DNA of 64,000 nt from Patescibacteria group bacterium (GCA_041666205.1 JBAYHI010000005.1:20386-84385); one strand, 5' to 3'; positions 8,961 through 20,162 are shown, counted from the first letter of the stretch. Numbers and translations are program-made. The notes: generated by a model from the letters alone, not told the origin.

Positions 8961-10484
8961 ATGGAAAAAATAACGATCGACCTGCATTCCAAATTTTTCC
9001 AACTTTTTTCCTTGTGCGGATTATCTCTCGCCCTTGGATTCCTTTTTGACTACCTCATCTACGATCATGCATTTGGCATTAATGTGCCAATTTTTATTTT
9101 TATTGCAATCACATTCGGGATCCTGCTCGCGCTCAGTTATCGTGTAGCGATTCCAAAACTTGCATACCTGTTTTTTGCGATCGGCCTAGGATTTGCGTTT
9201 CTCCTGTTTTTCCGAGCCAATGCACTTCTCTCATTTTGCAATTTCTGCGCCATGGGATTTTTCCTATTGCTTGGTGTTATTCAACTCACGGAAAAATTCA
9301 TTCATAAATTCCTTGCATTTGATTATTGGAAAACGCTCGCCCTCCCCCTGTTCTTTGTGCCTCCATTTTTAAAAACACTCCAAGATCTCATCACAATTCG
9401 ACATTCCGATACAAAACGCGATACAGCCATCCAAATCATTCGCGGAACAATTGTCGCCCTTGTAATCGTTGCAGTCCTTCTGGCGCTCTTTGCATCAGCG
9501 GATTTGGTGGTGCAGGACTTTTTCACACGCCTATTTTCAAACGAATTAGATGCAGAGCAAATCGCGGAATTTCTGGTGCGCACCTTCTTCGTCACCTTTA
9601 TTGCTGGAGCATTTCTTGGCCTCTATGCGTACGCCTTCCGTCATCCACGCGTGCATGCACCCACGAGTGACGCCACACCTGTGAAGTTCATTAAATCCAT
9701 TGAACTTGGGATTATTCTTATTGCCACGAACCTCATCTTCATTACGTTCCTCACCATTCAAGCCACAAACTTATTTGGCGGACACAATGCGCTCGATCGA
9801 CTAGGAATCACGTATGCAGAATATGCGCAACGCGGATTCTTTGAACTGATCGTGGCCGCACTCTTGGTGGCGCTCGTCTTGTGGATTGCCGATAAATATT
9901 CTGCGAAAAATACCGTGAACGAAAAAACGTCATTTCTCTTTTTGAGCAGCCTACTCCTCGTGCAAACAATTGTGCTCATGGCCTCGGCGTTCTATCGACT
10001 CGCCCTGTACGAAGGCGCCTACGGCTACACCACGCTCCGACTCTTCAGTCACGCGTTTATTATTTGGATTGCGCTTGCGCTCGTGTATTTCCTCGTGAAA
10101 ATTTGGTTCGCAAAAAAAGAAGAGCATTTCGCGCTTGCCACATTTGGAACCGGCGTCGTGCTTTTGCTTGCGCTCAACGCGCTCAATCCTGATGCCTTTA
10201 TGGCAACGCAGCATTTGCAACGCGCCGCTGGCACCGAAACATTTGATGCACCATTTTTATCACAACTCTCTGCCGATGCTGTTCCGGTGCTTTACGAGGC
10301 GATGCGGGCAAATACCGACGCGCGATTACCCGAGGTACTAGCCGATTGGAAAGGAGAGCGCTTTGATTATTCTGGAGAAAAAGGACCAGCGACGCTTCGC
10401 AGTCAGTACGTTGGTTGGCAGGCGTATCATTTTGCACGAACCCATGCGCTCGACGTGCTTGCGGACGTGAACGTCCAAAGATAA
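8961..10484 (+). CDS. DUF4153/DUF4173-like polytopic membrane protein
   Basis: LFASAD, TYAEYAQRGFFEL, YGYTTLR, LNPD, LSADAVP; many TM helices. Confidence 0.85.
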   Translation: MEKITIDLHSKFFQLFSLCGLSLALGFLFDYLIYDHAFGINVPIFIFIAITFGILLALSYRVAIPKLAYLFFAIGLGFAFLLFFRANALLSFCNFCAMGFFLLLGVIQLTEKFIHKFLAFDYWKTLALPLFFVPPFLKTLQDLITIRHSDTKRDTAIQIIRGTIVALVIVAVLLALFASADLVVQDFFTRLFSNELDAEQIAEFLVRTFFVTFIAGAFLGLYAYAFRHPRVHAPTSDATPVKFIKSIELGIILIATNLIFITFLTIQATNLFGGHNALDRLGITYAEYAQRGFFELIVAALLVALVLWIADKYSAKNTVNEKTSFLFLSSLLLVQTIVLMASAFYRLALYEGAYGYTTLRLFSHAFIIWIALALVYFLVKIWFAKKEEHFALATFGTGVVLLLALNALNPDAFMATQHLQRAAGTETFDAPFLSQLSADAVPVLYEAMRANTDARLPEVLADWKGERFDYSGEKGPATLRSQYVGWQAYHFARTHALDVLADVNVQR

Positions 10485-10487
10485 TTC

Positions 10488-11978
10488 GTGTATAATAACG
10501 TTGGTATGAAAGAGGAAGTCTCGGTTGATTTTTTGAAGAAAAAATATCAACTGGCCCCGGATCGTCAAAAAGAACAGAAGCGCAAAAAAACCTTCAAATG
10601 GATTGCGGGATTTTTCGTATTTGCGGCGCTTGCGGGGATTGGCGCCTCGTATAGTATTTCTGCAACTAGTAATACAACAAACGATCTTTCCGGACTCTCG
10701 ATTTTTTCAACGGTTCGCGGGCTCATGACCGCGCAAGATAAAGCGCTCTCCGGGGAAACAAGCGATCGCATTAATGTGCTCCTCATGGGCATTGGCGGCG
10801 CAGGGCACGACGGGCCAGAGCTCACCGACACGCTGATCTTTGCCAGCTTCCAACCCTCAACAGGTGAAATTGGCATGCTGTCGATTCCGCGCGATTTAGT
10901 GGTTTCGATTCCGGAGTACGGCTATCGCAAAATCAATGCAGCCAATGCATACGGCGAACTCAATGAGGCCGGCAGTGGTCCACAAGTGGCATCCGATATT
11001 GTGAGCGACATCCTTGGGCAAGAAATCAATTATTACGTGAAAGTAGATTTTGATGCATTTGCAGAACTCATCGATGCCGTTGGCGGCGTTGACGTCTACG
11101 TGGAACGCAGTTTCACTGACTCGACCTACCCCACCGAAGATGATTTGGTTCAAACCATTTCTTTCTCGCAAGGATGGGCCCATATGGACGGCGCCACGGC
11201 ATTGCAATTTGCGCGTTCGCGCCACGGCAATAATGGCGAAGGTACGGATTTCGCGCGCGCGGAGCGTCAGCAAAAAATCATTGTAGCCATGGAAAAACAA
11301 ATCCTCTCCCCTTCCATTCTCTTGAATCCTGGCAAACTTTCAAAGCTCGTAAATCTTTTTCAAGCAAACGTCACCACCAATTTGACCGTATGGGAAATCA
11401 TGCGCCTGTCGGGATATGCGAGCAATATTCAAATGGATAAGATTCGCATGACCGTTCTCGACGACAGTGCAGAGAGTCCACTGTATTCCTCCACCATCAA
11501 CGGGTCGTATGTGCTTTTGCCAAAACAAGACGATTGGGGCGAGGTGCAGGCCATTGCGCAAAATATTTTCGACCCATCACGCATTGCAGCCGAAGCAGAA
11601 ACAGCAACCACCATGGACCCCGTGAGTATCGAAATCCAAAACGGCACGGCGCTTTCCGGACTTGCATTCGAAACGTCCCAGCGATTGGCTGGCACTGGGT
11701 TTGATGTGGTAAAAATTGGCAATGCTGCATCGCGGGATTATTCCAAAACGATTATTTACGATCTGACGCAAGGCACCCATTCCGCCGCGCTTGCGGAATT
11801 GCAACAATTTTTCGGAGCCGATGTAAAGATGTCGGCATCGGGTTGGATTTTTTCTAGTGAAGTTGTGCCACGAGAGCTTACCGTGGCAACGCCGGGAGAA
11901 TCCATTTCCACAAGCGATACGCAAATTGATTTCTTAGTGATTCTTGGCGCGAATGCGGAAAATTTAGTCTTAAAATAA
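10488..11978 (+). CDS. LCP (LytR-CpsA-Psr) family phosphotransferase with LytR_C domain
   Basis: LTDT, SIPRD, KINAA, FARSR, DFARAERQQ, IQNGT; start may be 10506. Confidence 0.93.
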   Translation: MYNNVGMKEEVSVDFLKKKYQLAPDRQKEQKRKKTFKWIAGFFVFAALAGIGASYSISATSNTTNDLSGLSIFSTVRGLMTAQDKALSGETSDRINVLLMGIGGAGHDGPELTDTLIFASFQPSTGEIGMLSIPRDLVVSIPEYGYRKINAANAYGELNEAGSGPQVASDIVSDILGQEINYYVKVDFDAFAELIDAVGGVDVYVERSFTDSTYPTEDDLVQTISFSQGWAHMDGATALQFARSRHGNNGEGTDFARAERQQKIIVAMEKQILSPSILLNPGKLSKLVNLFQANVTTNLTVWEIMRLSGYASNIQMDKIRMTVLDDSAESPLYSSTINGSYVLLPKQDDWGEVQAIAQNIFDPSRIAAEAETATTMDPVSIEIQNGTALSGLAFETSQRLAGTGFDVVKIGNAASRDYSKTIIYDLTQGTHSAALAELQQFFGADVKMSASGWIFSSEVVPRELTVATPGESISTSDTQIDFLVILGANAENLVLK

Positions 11979-11979
11979 T

Positions 11980-13356
11980 ATGGCACGAACCTCCTCTCTT
12001 CCTGTTGTCGCGATTGTTGGCCGAACCAATGTGGGGAAATCCACTATTTTTAATCGACTCTTGCAGGAACAAAAATCTCTCGTCTCGAGTATGCCGGGCA
12101 CAACCCGCGATCGCTTTGAAGGCAATGTGCTGTGGCGCGGTCATTTTGTGCGGATCGTTGATACCGGTGGATTTGGCACCAAGCCCGTCGATGATTTAGA
12201 AAAAGCCATGTTTGAACAAGCGCGCCAAGCCATTCGCGAAGCCGATGCGCTCGTTTTTGTGACCGATGCGCAAGTGGGCCCGCAAGATGAAGATAAACTC
12301 ATTGCCCAAGAACTCATTCAAACAAAAAAGCCAATCATCTTTATTGCCAATAAAGCCGATAATGCCACCATTCGTGGCACGCTCGAAGACGCAGCGTGGC
12401 ACCGATTCCCGTTTGGTCTCCCGCTTGGAATTTGCGCCAATCAAAACAGTGGCTTGGGCGATTTGCTCGACCGCGTGTACGAAGAGCTTGAGCGTATTGG
12501 GAAGCAACCAGCCGATGTGCAAGACGTCATCACCACACGTGTTGCCGTCATTGGTCGACCAAATGTAGGAAAATCCACGCTCCTCAATTCCCTCTTGGGA
12601 GAAAAGCGATTTATCACGTCCGCCACCGCCCATACCACACGAGAACCAAACGACACCGATATTACGGTCAATGAAAAAGTGTATACGCTTATTGATACCG
12701 CTGGCATTCGCCGAAGCAATCGCGTTGCGCAGAAAAAAGTGGCGCTTGAAAACTTGGGCGTTGAAAAAACAATCGACGCCATGAAGCGCGCGCATGTTGT
12801 GCTATTTGTGATCGATATTTCCGAAGAAGTGAATGCGCAAGATAAGCACTTGGCCGGAGAACTCACCAAGGCCGGCGTAAGCGTCATCATGATCGCAAAT
12901 AAATGGGATCTCATTCCCGACAAAGATCCAGAAACAATCAATGCGTTTGAAACCTACCTGCGTGCGCACTTCCCTATGCTTTCTTATGCGCCGATTGTCT
13001 TTACCTCTGCCATGACCGGGCAACGCGTGCCCCATCTGTTTGAGGTGATTGATTTGGTCTTCAAGAGTCGATTCACGCAACTTTCAAAAGCGGAGTGTAA
13101 AGAATTTATCGGTCGCGCGATTTTGCGTCATCAACCAAGTCGTGGACGTGGAGTGCAGCATCCAAAAATTACCTCCTTTGAAGAAACAAGCCTGAATCCT
13201 CCAACCTTCACATTGCATATTCGCCAGTCTCGCGAAGATGCACTCAACCCATCCTACCTTCATTTCCTTAGCAATCTTTTGCGCGATCAATATGAGTTTC
13301 AAGGGACTCCAATCCGTATTGAAGTGGCTGCCCGCAAGAAACACCACACCACCTAA
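11980..13356 (+). CDS. der: Ribosome biogenesis GTPase Der/EngA
   Basis: Two G domains: GRTNVGKS/DTGG/NKAD and GRPNVGKS/DTAG/NKWD. Confidence 0.96.
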   Translation: MARTSSLPVVAIVGRTNVGKSTIFNRLLQEQKSLVSSMPGTTRDRFEGNVLWRGHFVRIVDTGGFGTKPVDDLEKAMFEQARQAIREADALVFVTDAQVGPQDEDKLIAQELIQTKKPIIFIANKADNATIRGTLEDAAWHRFPFGLPLGICANQNSGLGDLLDRVYEELERIGKQPADVQDVITTRVAVIGRPNVGKSTLLNSLLGEKRFITSATAHTTREPNDTDITVNEKVYTLIDTAGIRRSNRVAQKKVALENLGVEKTIDAMKRAHVVLFVIDISEEVNAQDKHLAGELTKAGVSVIMIANKWDLIPDKDPETINAFETYLRAHFPMLSYAPIVFTSAMTGQRVPHLFEVIDLVFKSRFTQLSKAECKEFIGRAILRHQPSRGRGVQHPKITSFEETSLNPPTFTLHIRQSREDALNPSYLHFLSNLLRDQYEFQGTPIRIEVAARKKHHTT

Positions 13357-13924
13357 TTCGATTCTCATTGTCGGATTGGGAAACCCAGGGGGAGAATATA
13401 AAACCACTCGCCATAATATTGGATTTGAGCTCATCGACGCGATGTCGGAAAACCTCTCGCTCACATGGAAACAGCAAGCACGCTTTTCTAGCCTGATTGC
13501 CGAAGGATCCATCGACGGAAAAAAAATCATTCTCCTCAAGCCCCAGACGTTCATGAATGAGTCCGGCATTGCCGTGGCGCGCGTGGCGCATCAATTCAAA
13601 ATTCCTTCCACGCAGATCTGGGTGATTTCCGACGACGCCACCCTGCCATTTGGCATGATGCGCATTCGCACCGGAGGGTCTGCCGGCGGACACAATGGCC
13701 TCAAATCCATCATTGCACACCTCAAGACCGAAACATTCGGTCGTGTGCGTATGGGTGTGGGAACTCCCCCCGCACAGATGCCTTTAGATCGCTTTGTGCT
13801 TTCACGCCTCACCGCAAACGAACAACACGAACTCGCAGAAATGAAAAACGCCGTGGTGCAAGAACTCACGGAGTCCATTGCGCGCGGAGCGCTTTTAGTT
13901 GACACACGCAGTCTTCTTGGCTAA
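13292..13924 (+). CDS. pth: Peptidyl-tRNA hydrolase (start uncertain)
   Basis: LIVGLGNPG, TRHNIGF, KPQTFMNESG, GGHNGLKS. Confidence 0.93.
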   Translation: MSFKGLQSVLKWLPARNTTPPNSILIVGLGNPGGEYKTTRHNIGFELIDAMSENLSLTWKQQARFSSLIAEGSIDGKKIILLKPQTFMNESGIAVARVAHQFKIPSTQIWVISDDATLPFGMMRIRTGGSAGGHNGLKSIIAHLKTETFGRVRMGVGTPPAQMPLDRFVLSRLTANEQHELAEMKNAVVQELTESIARGALLVDTRSLLG

Positions 13925-13933
13925 AACAACGCC

Positions 13934-15013
13934 ATGCGAAACGATCTTCCCTATTGGTTGGCCTTGCGCGCCTATGAGAAATTCGGACCCCGCTCATTTG
14001 AGCGGCTTCTTTTGAAATTTGAAACCATGGAAGAAGCATTCCACGCCTCGCGCGAAGCGCTTCTTGACGCAGATCTCACCACCCTCGCCGTGGATAGTTT
14101 TTTACACTTGCGCGAGGACATCCATCCAGAGGCACTCGTGGCGGATTTGGAGCGTCACCACCTAACAGCGATTACAAAATGCGATGAGGAATATCCCGCA
14201 CTTCTGGGAACAATCTACGATCCGCCACCCGTTTTGTTTATTGCAGGCACGCTTCCTCCCGCAGAAATTGCTCATGTTGCCATTGTGGGGTCGCGCAAAG
14301 CCAGTCCATATGGCCTGCGTATTGCCGCGCAAATGAGCGAAGAGCTTGCAGAAGCCGGGTGCGTGATTGTGAGCGGGCTTGCCTACGGAATAGATGAAGC
14401 GGCCCATAGCGCCACCCTCAAAACAAAAGGCTTAACCGTAGCCGTGCTTGCGTGCGGACACAATCAACTCATTGGCCGCGCGCGCTATTTAGCACAAAAA
14501 ATTGTCGAGGCAGGAGGCGCTGTGATTTCAGAATTCCCCTTGCATACGCCAGCACATTCCTTTCACTTCCCCATTCGCAATCGCATCATTTCAGGCATGT
14601 CGCAAGGCACGCTCATTGTGGAGGCAACCAACGATTCTGGTTCGCTCATTACCGCGCGCAGTGCACTCGAACAAGGTCGCGATGTTTTTGCGATCCCCGG
14701 CAATATCGATTCCCCAACATCTGTTGGCACCAATGGACTCCTCAAGGTTGGCGCCTACCCGACCACCAGCAGCCAAGACATTCTGGACGTACTTCGCATT
14801 GAAAAACGCCCGGACGCCACGCGCGCTCCAATCACTCCCGATTCCGCCGATGAAGCAGCTATTCTTCCCTTCCTCTCCCAAACTCCAGTTCACATCGATG
14901 ACCTCGTGCATGCAAGTGCGCTTGGCATTGCAACGGTTGCGAGTACGCTCACGCTTATGGAAATCAAAGGCCGAGTGCGTCATGTGGGTGGGATGTTTTA
15001 TATTTTAGTATAA
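13934..15013 (+). CDS. dprA: DNA-protecting protein DprA
   Basis: IVGSR, VSGLAYGID, FPIRNRIISG, SGSLITA. Confidence 0.96.
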   Translation: MRNDLPYWLALRAYEKFGPRSFERLLLKFETMEEAFHASREALLDADLTTLAVDSFLHLREDIHPEALVADLERHHLTAITKCDEEYPALLGTIYDPPPVLFIAGTLPPAEIAHVAIVGSRKASPYGLRIAAQMSEELAEAGCVIVSGLAYGIDEAAHSATLKTKGLTVAVLACGHNQLIGRARYLAQKIVEAGGAVISEFPLHTPAHSFHFPIRNRIISGMSQGTLIVEATNDSGSLITARSALEQGRDVFAIPGNIDSPTSVGTNGLLKVGAYPTTSSQDILDVLRIEKRPDATRAPITPDSADEAAILPFLSQTPVHIDDLVHASALGIATVASTLTLMEIKGRVRHVGGMFYILV

Positions 15014-15023
15014 TGGGAACGCT

Positions 15024-16307
15024 ATGTTTTCGGAGTTTCAACCTACCTACGATGAATTTCTCTCCCTCACCAATCTCTCCACCCAACCGATGATTCCCGG
15101 TGGCGCAGGAGATGGCGGGCGATCTATTAAGCGTACCGCGGAATTTTTAAATTATCTTGGCAATCCGGAAAAAAAGATGCGCTTCATTCACATTGCCGGC
15201 ACGAGCGGGAAAGGCACGGTTGCATTTCTCATTCACCAAATGCTGCGCAAAGATCGCCAAACCGTTGGCACCTATATTTCCCCGCACACCACGTCGTATT
15301 TGGAACGCTTCCAAGTGAACGACAAATTAATTGACCCATATGTGCTCGCGCAGTGCATGAAGGATTTGGCCACTGCCTATGAGCGGTATCTTCCAAATCG
15401 TGAACCGCTGACATTTTTTGAGCTCTCCACGTGCTTGGCACTTTACGCGTTTGCAGAACTCAAACTCACCTGGTGCATTTTGGAATCCGGCTGCGGAGGA
15501 CGCTATGATTCCACCAACGTTATTCCCGCGCCCGATATTGCCATCATCACCAACATCGACAAAGACCACATGGAACTCCTCGGGAATTCTCTTGCATCGA
15601 TTGCATCCCATAAAGCCGGAATCATGAAAGCCAAAAGCACGGTCTTTTGCGGAGAAACACGCCCAGCCCTGAAAAAAATCTTCACGCAAGAAGCGATTAA
15701 AAAATCCTGCGCGCTCTTTTTTGTGCCGCCACCGCTTGAACTAAAAATTCAACCGCAATTTGGCTTTCATATGCAACACAATGCAGCACTTGCAGAACGG
15801 GCCGGCAATGAACTCGATCTTTCTCCGCAAAGTATTTCCGCCGTCCTTTCGGATTTCCGCACTCTCCCCTGCCGGTTTGAAATGCTCTCAGAAGATCCGC
15901 TCCTCATTATTGACGGCGCGCATAATCCGGCAAAAATTCACGCCACCGTGGAACGATTGCGTGTGCTTGGGAAACCCATTCATCTCATTTTTGGATGTGG
16001 CGCCAATAAAGATGCATCGCTCATGCTAAAAGAACTCTCAAAAATCACCACCTCCATCACGACCACCCGCTACCGCACCACCTATAAAAAGGCATCGAAT
16101 CCCCTCGATCTTCAAAAATTCGTGCCAACGGCGCAGCGTGGGGGCGCGTATTTGCGCTATGAAGATGCCTGGGAGGCTGTAAAAAATCGCGCGAAAAAAA
16201 CCGATGTGATTGTGATCACAGGCTCTTTGTATTTGGCTGGTGAAATGCGCGGACTTTGGGTCCCCGAGCAAGAGATCCTAGAAAATCAATCCAGCTTTCC
16301 TCTTTGA
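15024..16307 (+). CDS. folC: FolC-like folylpolyglutamate/dihydrofolate synthase (Mur ligase fold)
   Basis: HIAGTSGKG, SPH, GGRYDSTN, DGAHNP, TGSLYLAG. Confidence 0.85.
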   Translation: MFSEFQPTYDEFLSLTNLSTQPMIPGGAGDGGRSIKRTAEFLNYLGNPEKKMRFIHIAGTSGKGTVAFLIHQMLRKDRQTVGTYISPHTTSYLERFQVNDKLIDPYVLAQCMKDLATAYERYLPNREPLTFFELSTCLALYAFAELKLTWCILESGCGGRYDSTNVIPAPDIAIITNIDKDHMELLGNSLASIASHKAGIMKAKSTVFCGETRPALKKIFTQEAIKKSCALFFVPPPLELKIQPQFGFHMQHNAALAERAGNELDLSPQSISAVLSDFRTLPCRFEMLSEDPLLIIDGAHNPAKIHATVERLRVLGKPIHLIFGCGANKDASLMLKELSKITTSITTTRYRTTYKKASNPLDLQKFVPTAQRGGAYLRYEDAWEAVKNRAKKTDVIVITGSLYLAGEMRGLWVPEQEILENQSSFPL

Positions 16308-16343
16308 CAAACATTCCAATAACCCGCATCATGGCAGGAATCT

Positions 16344-18629
16344 ATGACACGACTACTCATTGTTGAGTCTCCAACAAAAGCGAAAACGATTACAAAAATT
16401 TTAGGGCCTGCCTATAAGGTTGTTTCCTCCTTCGGGCATATCCGCGATTTGCCGGAACGCAAAATGGGCGTGGATTTCAAAAACGGATTCAAGCCAGAAT
16501 ACGTGGTGCCAACGGATAAAAAAGAAAAAGTAGCAACGCTCAAAGCCGCAGCAGAACATGCCACCGAAATCTACCTCGCAACCGACGCCGACCGCGAAGG
16601 AGAAGCGATTGCCTGGCATATTGCGGAAATTTTGCATTTGAAGCCCGAAGAGATTCACCGTATTGCCTTCCACGAAATCACCAAACACGCTATTGAAGAA
16701 GCTCTGAAGCATCCGGGGAAACTCGAGATGGATTTAGTGGATGCTCAGCAAACAAGGCGCGTGCTTGATCGCATTGTGGGCTATGAGCTCTCGCCGTTTT
16801 TGTGGAAAAAGATTCGTCGCGGACTATCTGCTGGGCGTGTGCAGTCCGTTGCCGTACGTTTAATTGTGGAACGCGAACGAGAACGTTTGGCATTCAATCA
16901 AGAAGAATACTGGTCGATCGATGGCATGTTCTCAAAAGAAGGAAAAGAATTTGACGCGCACCTCGTCGAGCATGCTGGCAAAAAAATCGATAAACTGGAT
17001 ATCAAAGATGCTGCCACGGCCAATGCCATTGTGGAAAAACTCAAGGCCTCTTCGTTTGCAGTGAAAAGCGTTGAAATGAAGGAGATGCAAAAAAAGCCAC
17101 CAACGCCACTTACCACCTCGAGCCTTCAGCAAGAATCCAACCATCGATTGCACTACACGGCAAAGCAAACCATGATGCTTGCGCAAAAACTCTATGAAAC
17201 CGGTCGCATCACCTATATGCGAACCGACTCCTTGAATTTGGCCGAAAAATTCTTGGGCGAAGCGCAGGCCTTCCTTTCGAGCGCGTATGGCCCGACGTAT
17301 GCAAAAGGAGCTGTTGCCTACAAAACAAAATCCAAAGGCGCGCAAGAAGCCCACGAAGCCATTCGCCCAACCGATGCGAGCGCAACACCAGAGAGCTTAA
17401 AAGGCGAGCTCGAAGCCGATCAGTGGAAACTCTATGATTTGGTGTGGCGACGCACGCTTGCAAGCCAAATGCCATCTGCTATTTTGGAAAAAATCACGGT
17501 TGATATGGCCGGGGGCGACGGAGTGATGCGCGCCAATGGGTCGAGCATCAAGTTTGATGGATTCATGAAAATCTATCGTGGTGCCAAGGAAACATTCCTT
17601 CCGCTCATGAAAAAAGGCGATGACGTTGAGGTCAAGGAAATTATTCCAAATCAACATTTCACCGAACCACCAGCTCGCTATTCTGATGCAACGCTCGTTA
17701 AAACCCTGGAAGAATTCGAAATCGGTCGCCCATCCACCTATGCGCCGACCATTTCAACGATTATTGATCGCGGATATATTGAACGCGACGAACATCAAAA
17801 ACTCTACCCAACCGATACAGCCATGACTGTAACGGATTTGCTCGTGAAACATTTCCCCGACATTGTGGACATGGACTTCACGGCCAATATGGAAAAAACT
17901 CTCGACAAAATCGCCGAAGGAAAAGAAGAAAGTGCACCAGCGCTTGAGAAATTCTATACGCCGTTCCACAAAAATTTGCTTGAAAAAACAAAAGAAGTTA
18001 CGCATGAAGAAGTGATGCCGACCAAAGAGTTGGGTGTGGATCCAAAAACCGGCCTCACGATTTTCTTGCGTACAGGACGGTTTGGCCCGTATTTGCAACT
18101 TGGCGAATGGAGCGAGGAAGATCGCAAAGCAAAACTCAATAAACCAAAAAGTGTTTCGATTCCAAAAACCATTTCACCTGAAGCAGTCACCCTCGATCAA
18201 GCCACCGCGCTCTTGAGCCTGCCACGCGAGGTTGGCGTCTATGAAGGCAAACCCATCACCGTGCAATATGGGCCGTATGGGGCATACTTAAAATCCGCCA
18301 AAATCAACGCAACCTTGCCAGAGCCATTTGACCCGCTTACGATTTCAAACGAAGATGCAGAACGCATTTTTGCCGAAGCCGCAAAACTCAAAAAAGCCGG
18401 TGGATCTGGTTCGATTATCAAATCATTTGAGAAAAACGAAAAAACCGGCAAAGAAATCACCGTGAAAACCGGTAAGTTCGGGCCCTATGTGACGGACGGG
18501 AAAATCAATGCATCCGTGCCTGCAGGAACTGATCCCGCAACCATTACCGAAGAGGAAGCTTTAACGCTAATCAAAGAGAAAAAACCGTTCAGAAAATTCA
18601 AAAAGAGCACCAAGAAAACCGAGGAATAG
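16344..18629 (+). CDS. topA: DNA topoisomerase I with C-terminal repeats
   Basis: VESPTK, DADREGE, SAGRVQS, ITYMRTDS, repeated GRFGPY/GKFGPY; TTGACA at 16304. Confidence 0.97.
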   Translation: MTRLLIVESPTKAKTITKILGPAYKVVSSFGHIRDLPERKMGVDFKNGFKPEYVVPTDKKEKVATLKAAAEHATEIYLATDADREGEAIAWHIAEILHLKPEEIHRIAFHEITKHAIEEALKHPGKLEMDLVDAQQTRRVLDRIVGYELSPFLWKKIRRGLSAGRVQSVAVRLIVERERERLAFNQEEYWSIDGMFSKEGKEFDAHLVEHAGKKIDKLDIKDAATANAIVEKLKASSFAVKSVEMKEMQKKPPTPLTTSSLQQESNHRLHYTAKQTMMLAQKLYETGRITYMRTDSLNLAEKFLGEAQAFLSSAYGPTYAKGAVAYKTKSKGAQEAHEAIRPTDASATPESLKGELEADQWKLYDLVWRRTLASQMPSAILEKITVDMAGGDGVMRANGSSIKFDGFMKIYRGAKETFLPLMKKGDDVEVKEIIPNQHFTEPPARYSDATLVKTLEEFEIGRPSTYAPTISTIIDRGYIERDEHQKLYPTDTAMTVTDLLVKHFPDIVDMDFTANMEKTLDKIAEGKEESAPALEKFYTPFHKNLLEKTKEVTHEEVMPTKELGVDPKTGLTIFLRTGRFGPYLQLGEWSEEDRKAKLNKPKSVSIPKTISPEAVTLDQATALLSLPREVGVYEGKPITVQYGPYGAYLKSAKINATLPEPFDPLTISNEDAERIFAEAAKLKKAGGSGSIIKSFEKNEKTGKEITVKTGKFGPYVTDGKINASVPAGTDPATITEEEALTLIKEKKPFRKFKKSTKKTEE

Positions 18630-18668
18630 GGCTTGATTTTTCCGATTTGGCGGGGTACGCTCATACGT

Positions 18669-20162
18669 ATGACCATCGCTCCACGCGTTCATACGGATTT
18701 TTCGATCCTCCAGAGCAAACTGAAACCTGAACGTTATACCCAAGACGAAATCAGTCTTATTGAGCGTGCCTATAAATTTGCGGAAAAAGCCCATGAGGGC
18801 CAAATGCGAAATACCGGAAATACCTACTTCTCGCATGTCTTTGCAACTGCCATCACGTTGGCGGAAATGCAGCTTCCCCACGAAGTCATTATTGCCGGAC
18901 TCTTGCACGACGTCATTGAAGACGCCAATGTGCCAGCAGAAACCCTTGCCGCGGAATTCGGGGAAGACGTTGCCGACATGGTGAGCGCAGTCACAAAGCT
19001 CGGGCACCTCAAATATCGCGGACTCGATCGCTACGTGGAAAATCTGCGTAAAATGTTTATTTCCATGGCAAAAGACGTGCGCGTAATTTTCATTAAATTC
19101 GCCGACCGTCTGCACAATATGGAAACGCTCTATGTGGTCCCTGAGCATAAGCGCAAACGCATTGCCAAAGAAGTGATGGAAATTTACGCGCCCATTGCCA
19201 ATCGGTTGGGCATGGGTGAATTTCGCGGGCAATTTGAAGATTATAGCTTCAAATATTTGGAGCCAAAAGAATATAATTGGACCAAACATTTGCTCGAACA
19301 ACGCGTAAAGAAATTCGGACCTTCCATGAATAAGGCCATGAAAGATGTGGAGGCAGAACTCTTGGTGCATAAAATTACGCCCGTCAATATTCACGGACGA
19401 ATTAAATATTGCTATAGCCTCTACAATAAGCTTCAAAAATACGGAAACGATATCTCCAAAGTCTACGATATCGTGGCACTCCGCATTATTGTCGATGATG
19501 TTTCGGATTGTTATGCAGCCCTCGGGGTTTTGCACAGTCTCTATCGCCCACTCCCCGGACGCATCAAAGACTACATTGCTCAACCAAAACCCAATGGCTA
19601 TAAATCGCTTCACACCTGCGTCTTCTCTGACGACGGCGCGATTTTGGAGTTTCAAATTCGTACGCAAGAAATGCATGAAGAAGCCGAATACGGTATTGCC
19701 GCGCATTGGCGCTATAAAGAAACCGGAAATAGCGAACGTGAACGTCGCGTAAAGTGGATGGAAGAATTAGCCGAGATTCAAAAAGAGTTGAAGCAAACGG
19801 ATTTCATGCAACGCCTCGATGAAATGAAACTCGACATGTTTCAAGACCGCATTTTCGTGTTCACGCCAAATGGCGATGTGTTTGATCTTCCAAGCGGGTC
19901 CACACCGATTGATTTTGCATACATGATCCACACCGACATCGGCGATAAGGCCGTGAGCGCAAAAATCAATCACGAAATCGCAAACCTGAATTCCGAATTG
20001 CGATCTGGGGATATGTGCGAAATCACAACCGATCCACACCGCAAAGGACCAAATGCGGATTGGCTGAAATTTGTAAAAACCCAACATGCGCGCGAAAAAA
20101 TTCGCGATGCAGTAAAACGCAATAAAACCTCCCTCATGAGCCGACTCATGAAGCGCGGCTAA
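18669..20162 (+). CDS. rel: RelA/SpoT homolog (HD + SYNTH + TGS, no ACT)
   Basis: LLHDVIED, ADRLHNM, KPNGYKSLH, EFQIRT, TPIDFAY; start moved to MTIAPR. Confidence 0.93.
   Translation: MTIAPRVHTDFSILQSKLKPERYTQDEISLIERAYKFAEKAHEGQMRNTGNTYFSHVFATAITLAEMQLPHEVIIAGLLHDVIEDANVPAETLAAEFGEDVADMVSAVTKLGHLKYRGLDRYVENLRKMFISMAKDVRVIFIKFADRLHNMETLYVVPEHKRKRIAKEVMEIYAPIANRLGMGEFRGQFEDYSFKYLEPKEYNWTKHLLEQRVKKFGPSMNKAMKDVEAELLVHKITPVNIHGRIKYCYSLYNKLQKYGNDISKVYDIVALRIIVDDVSDCYAALGVLHSLYRPLPGRIKDYIAQPKPNGYKSLHTCVFSDDGAILEFQIRTQEMHEEAEYGIAAHWRYKETGNSERERRVKWMEELAEIQKELKQTDFMQRLDEMKLDMFQDRIFVFTPNGDVFDLPSGSTPIDFAYMIHTDIGDKAVSAKINHEIANLNSELRSGDMCEITTDPHRKGPNADWLKFVKTQHAREKIRDAVKRNKTSLMSRLMKRG

Noticed and set aside
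18567-19706. 379-aa ORF antisense to rel
   Set aside because: Shadow frame of a well-conserved gene; no motifs.
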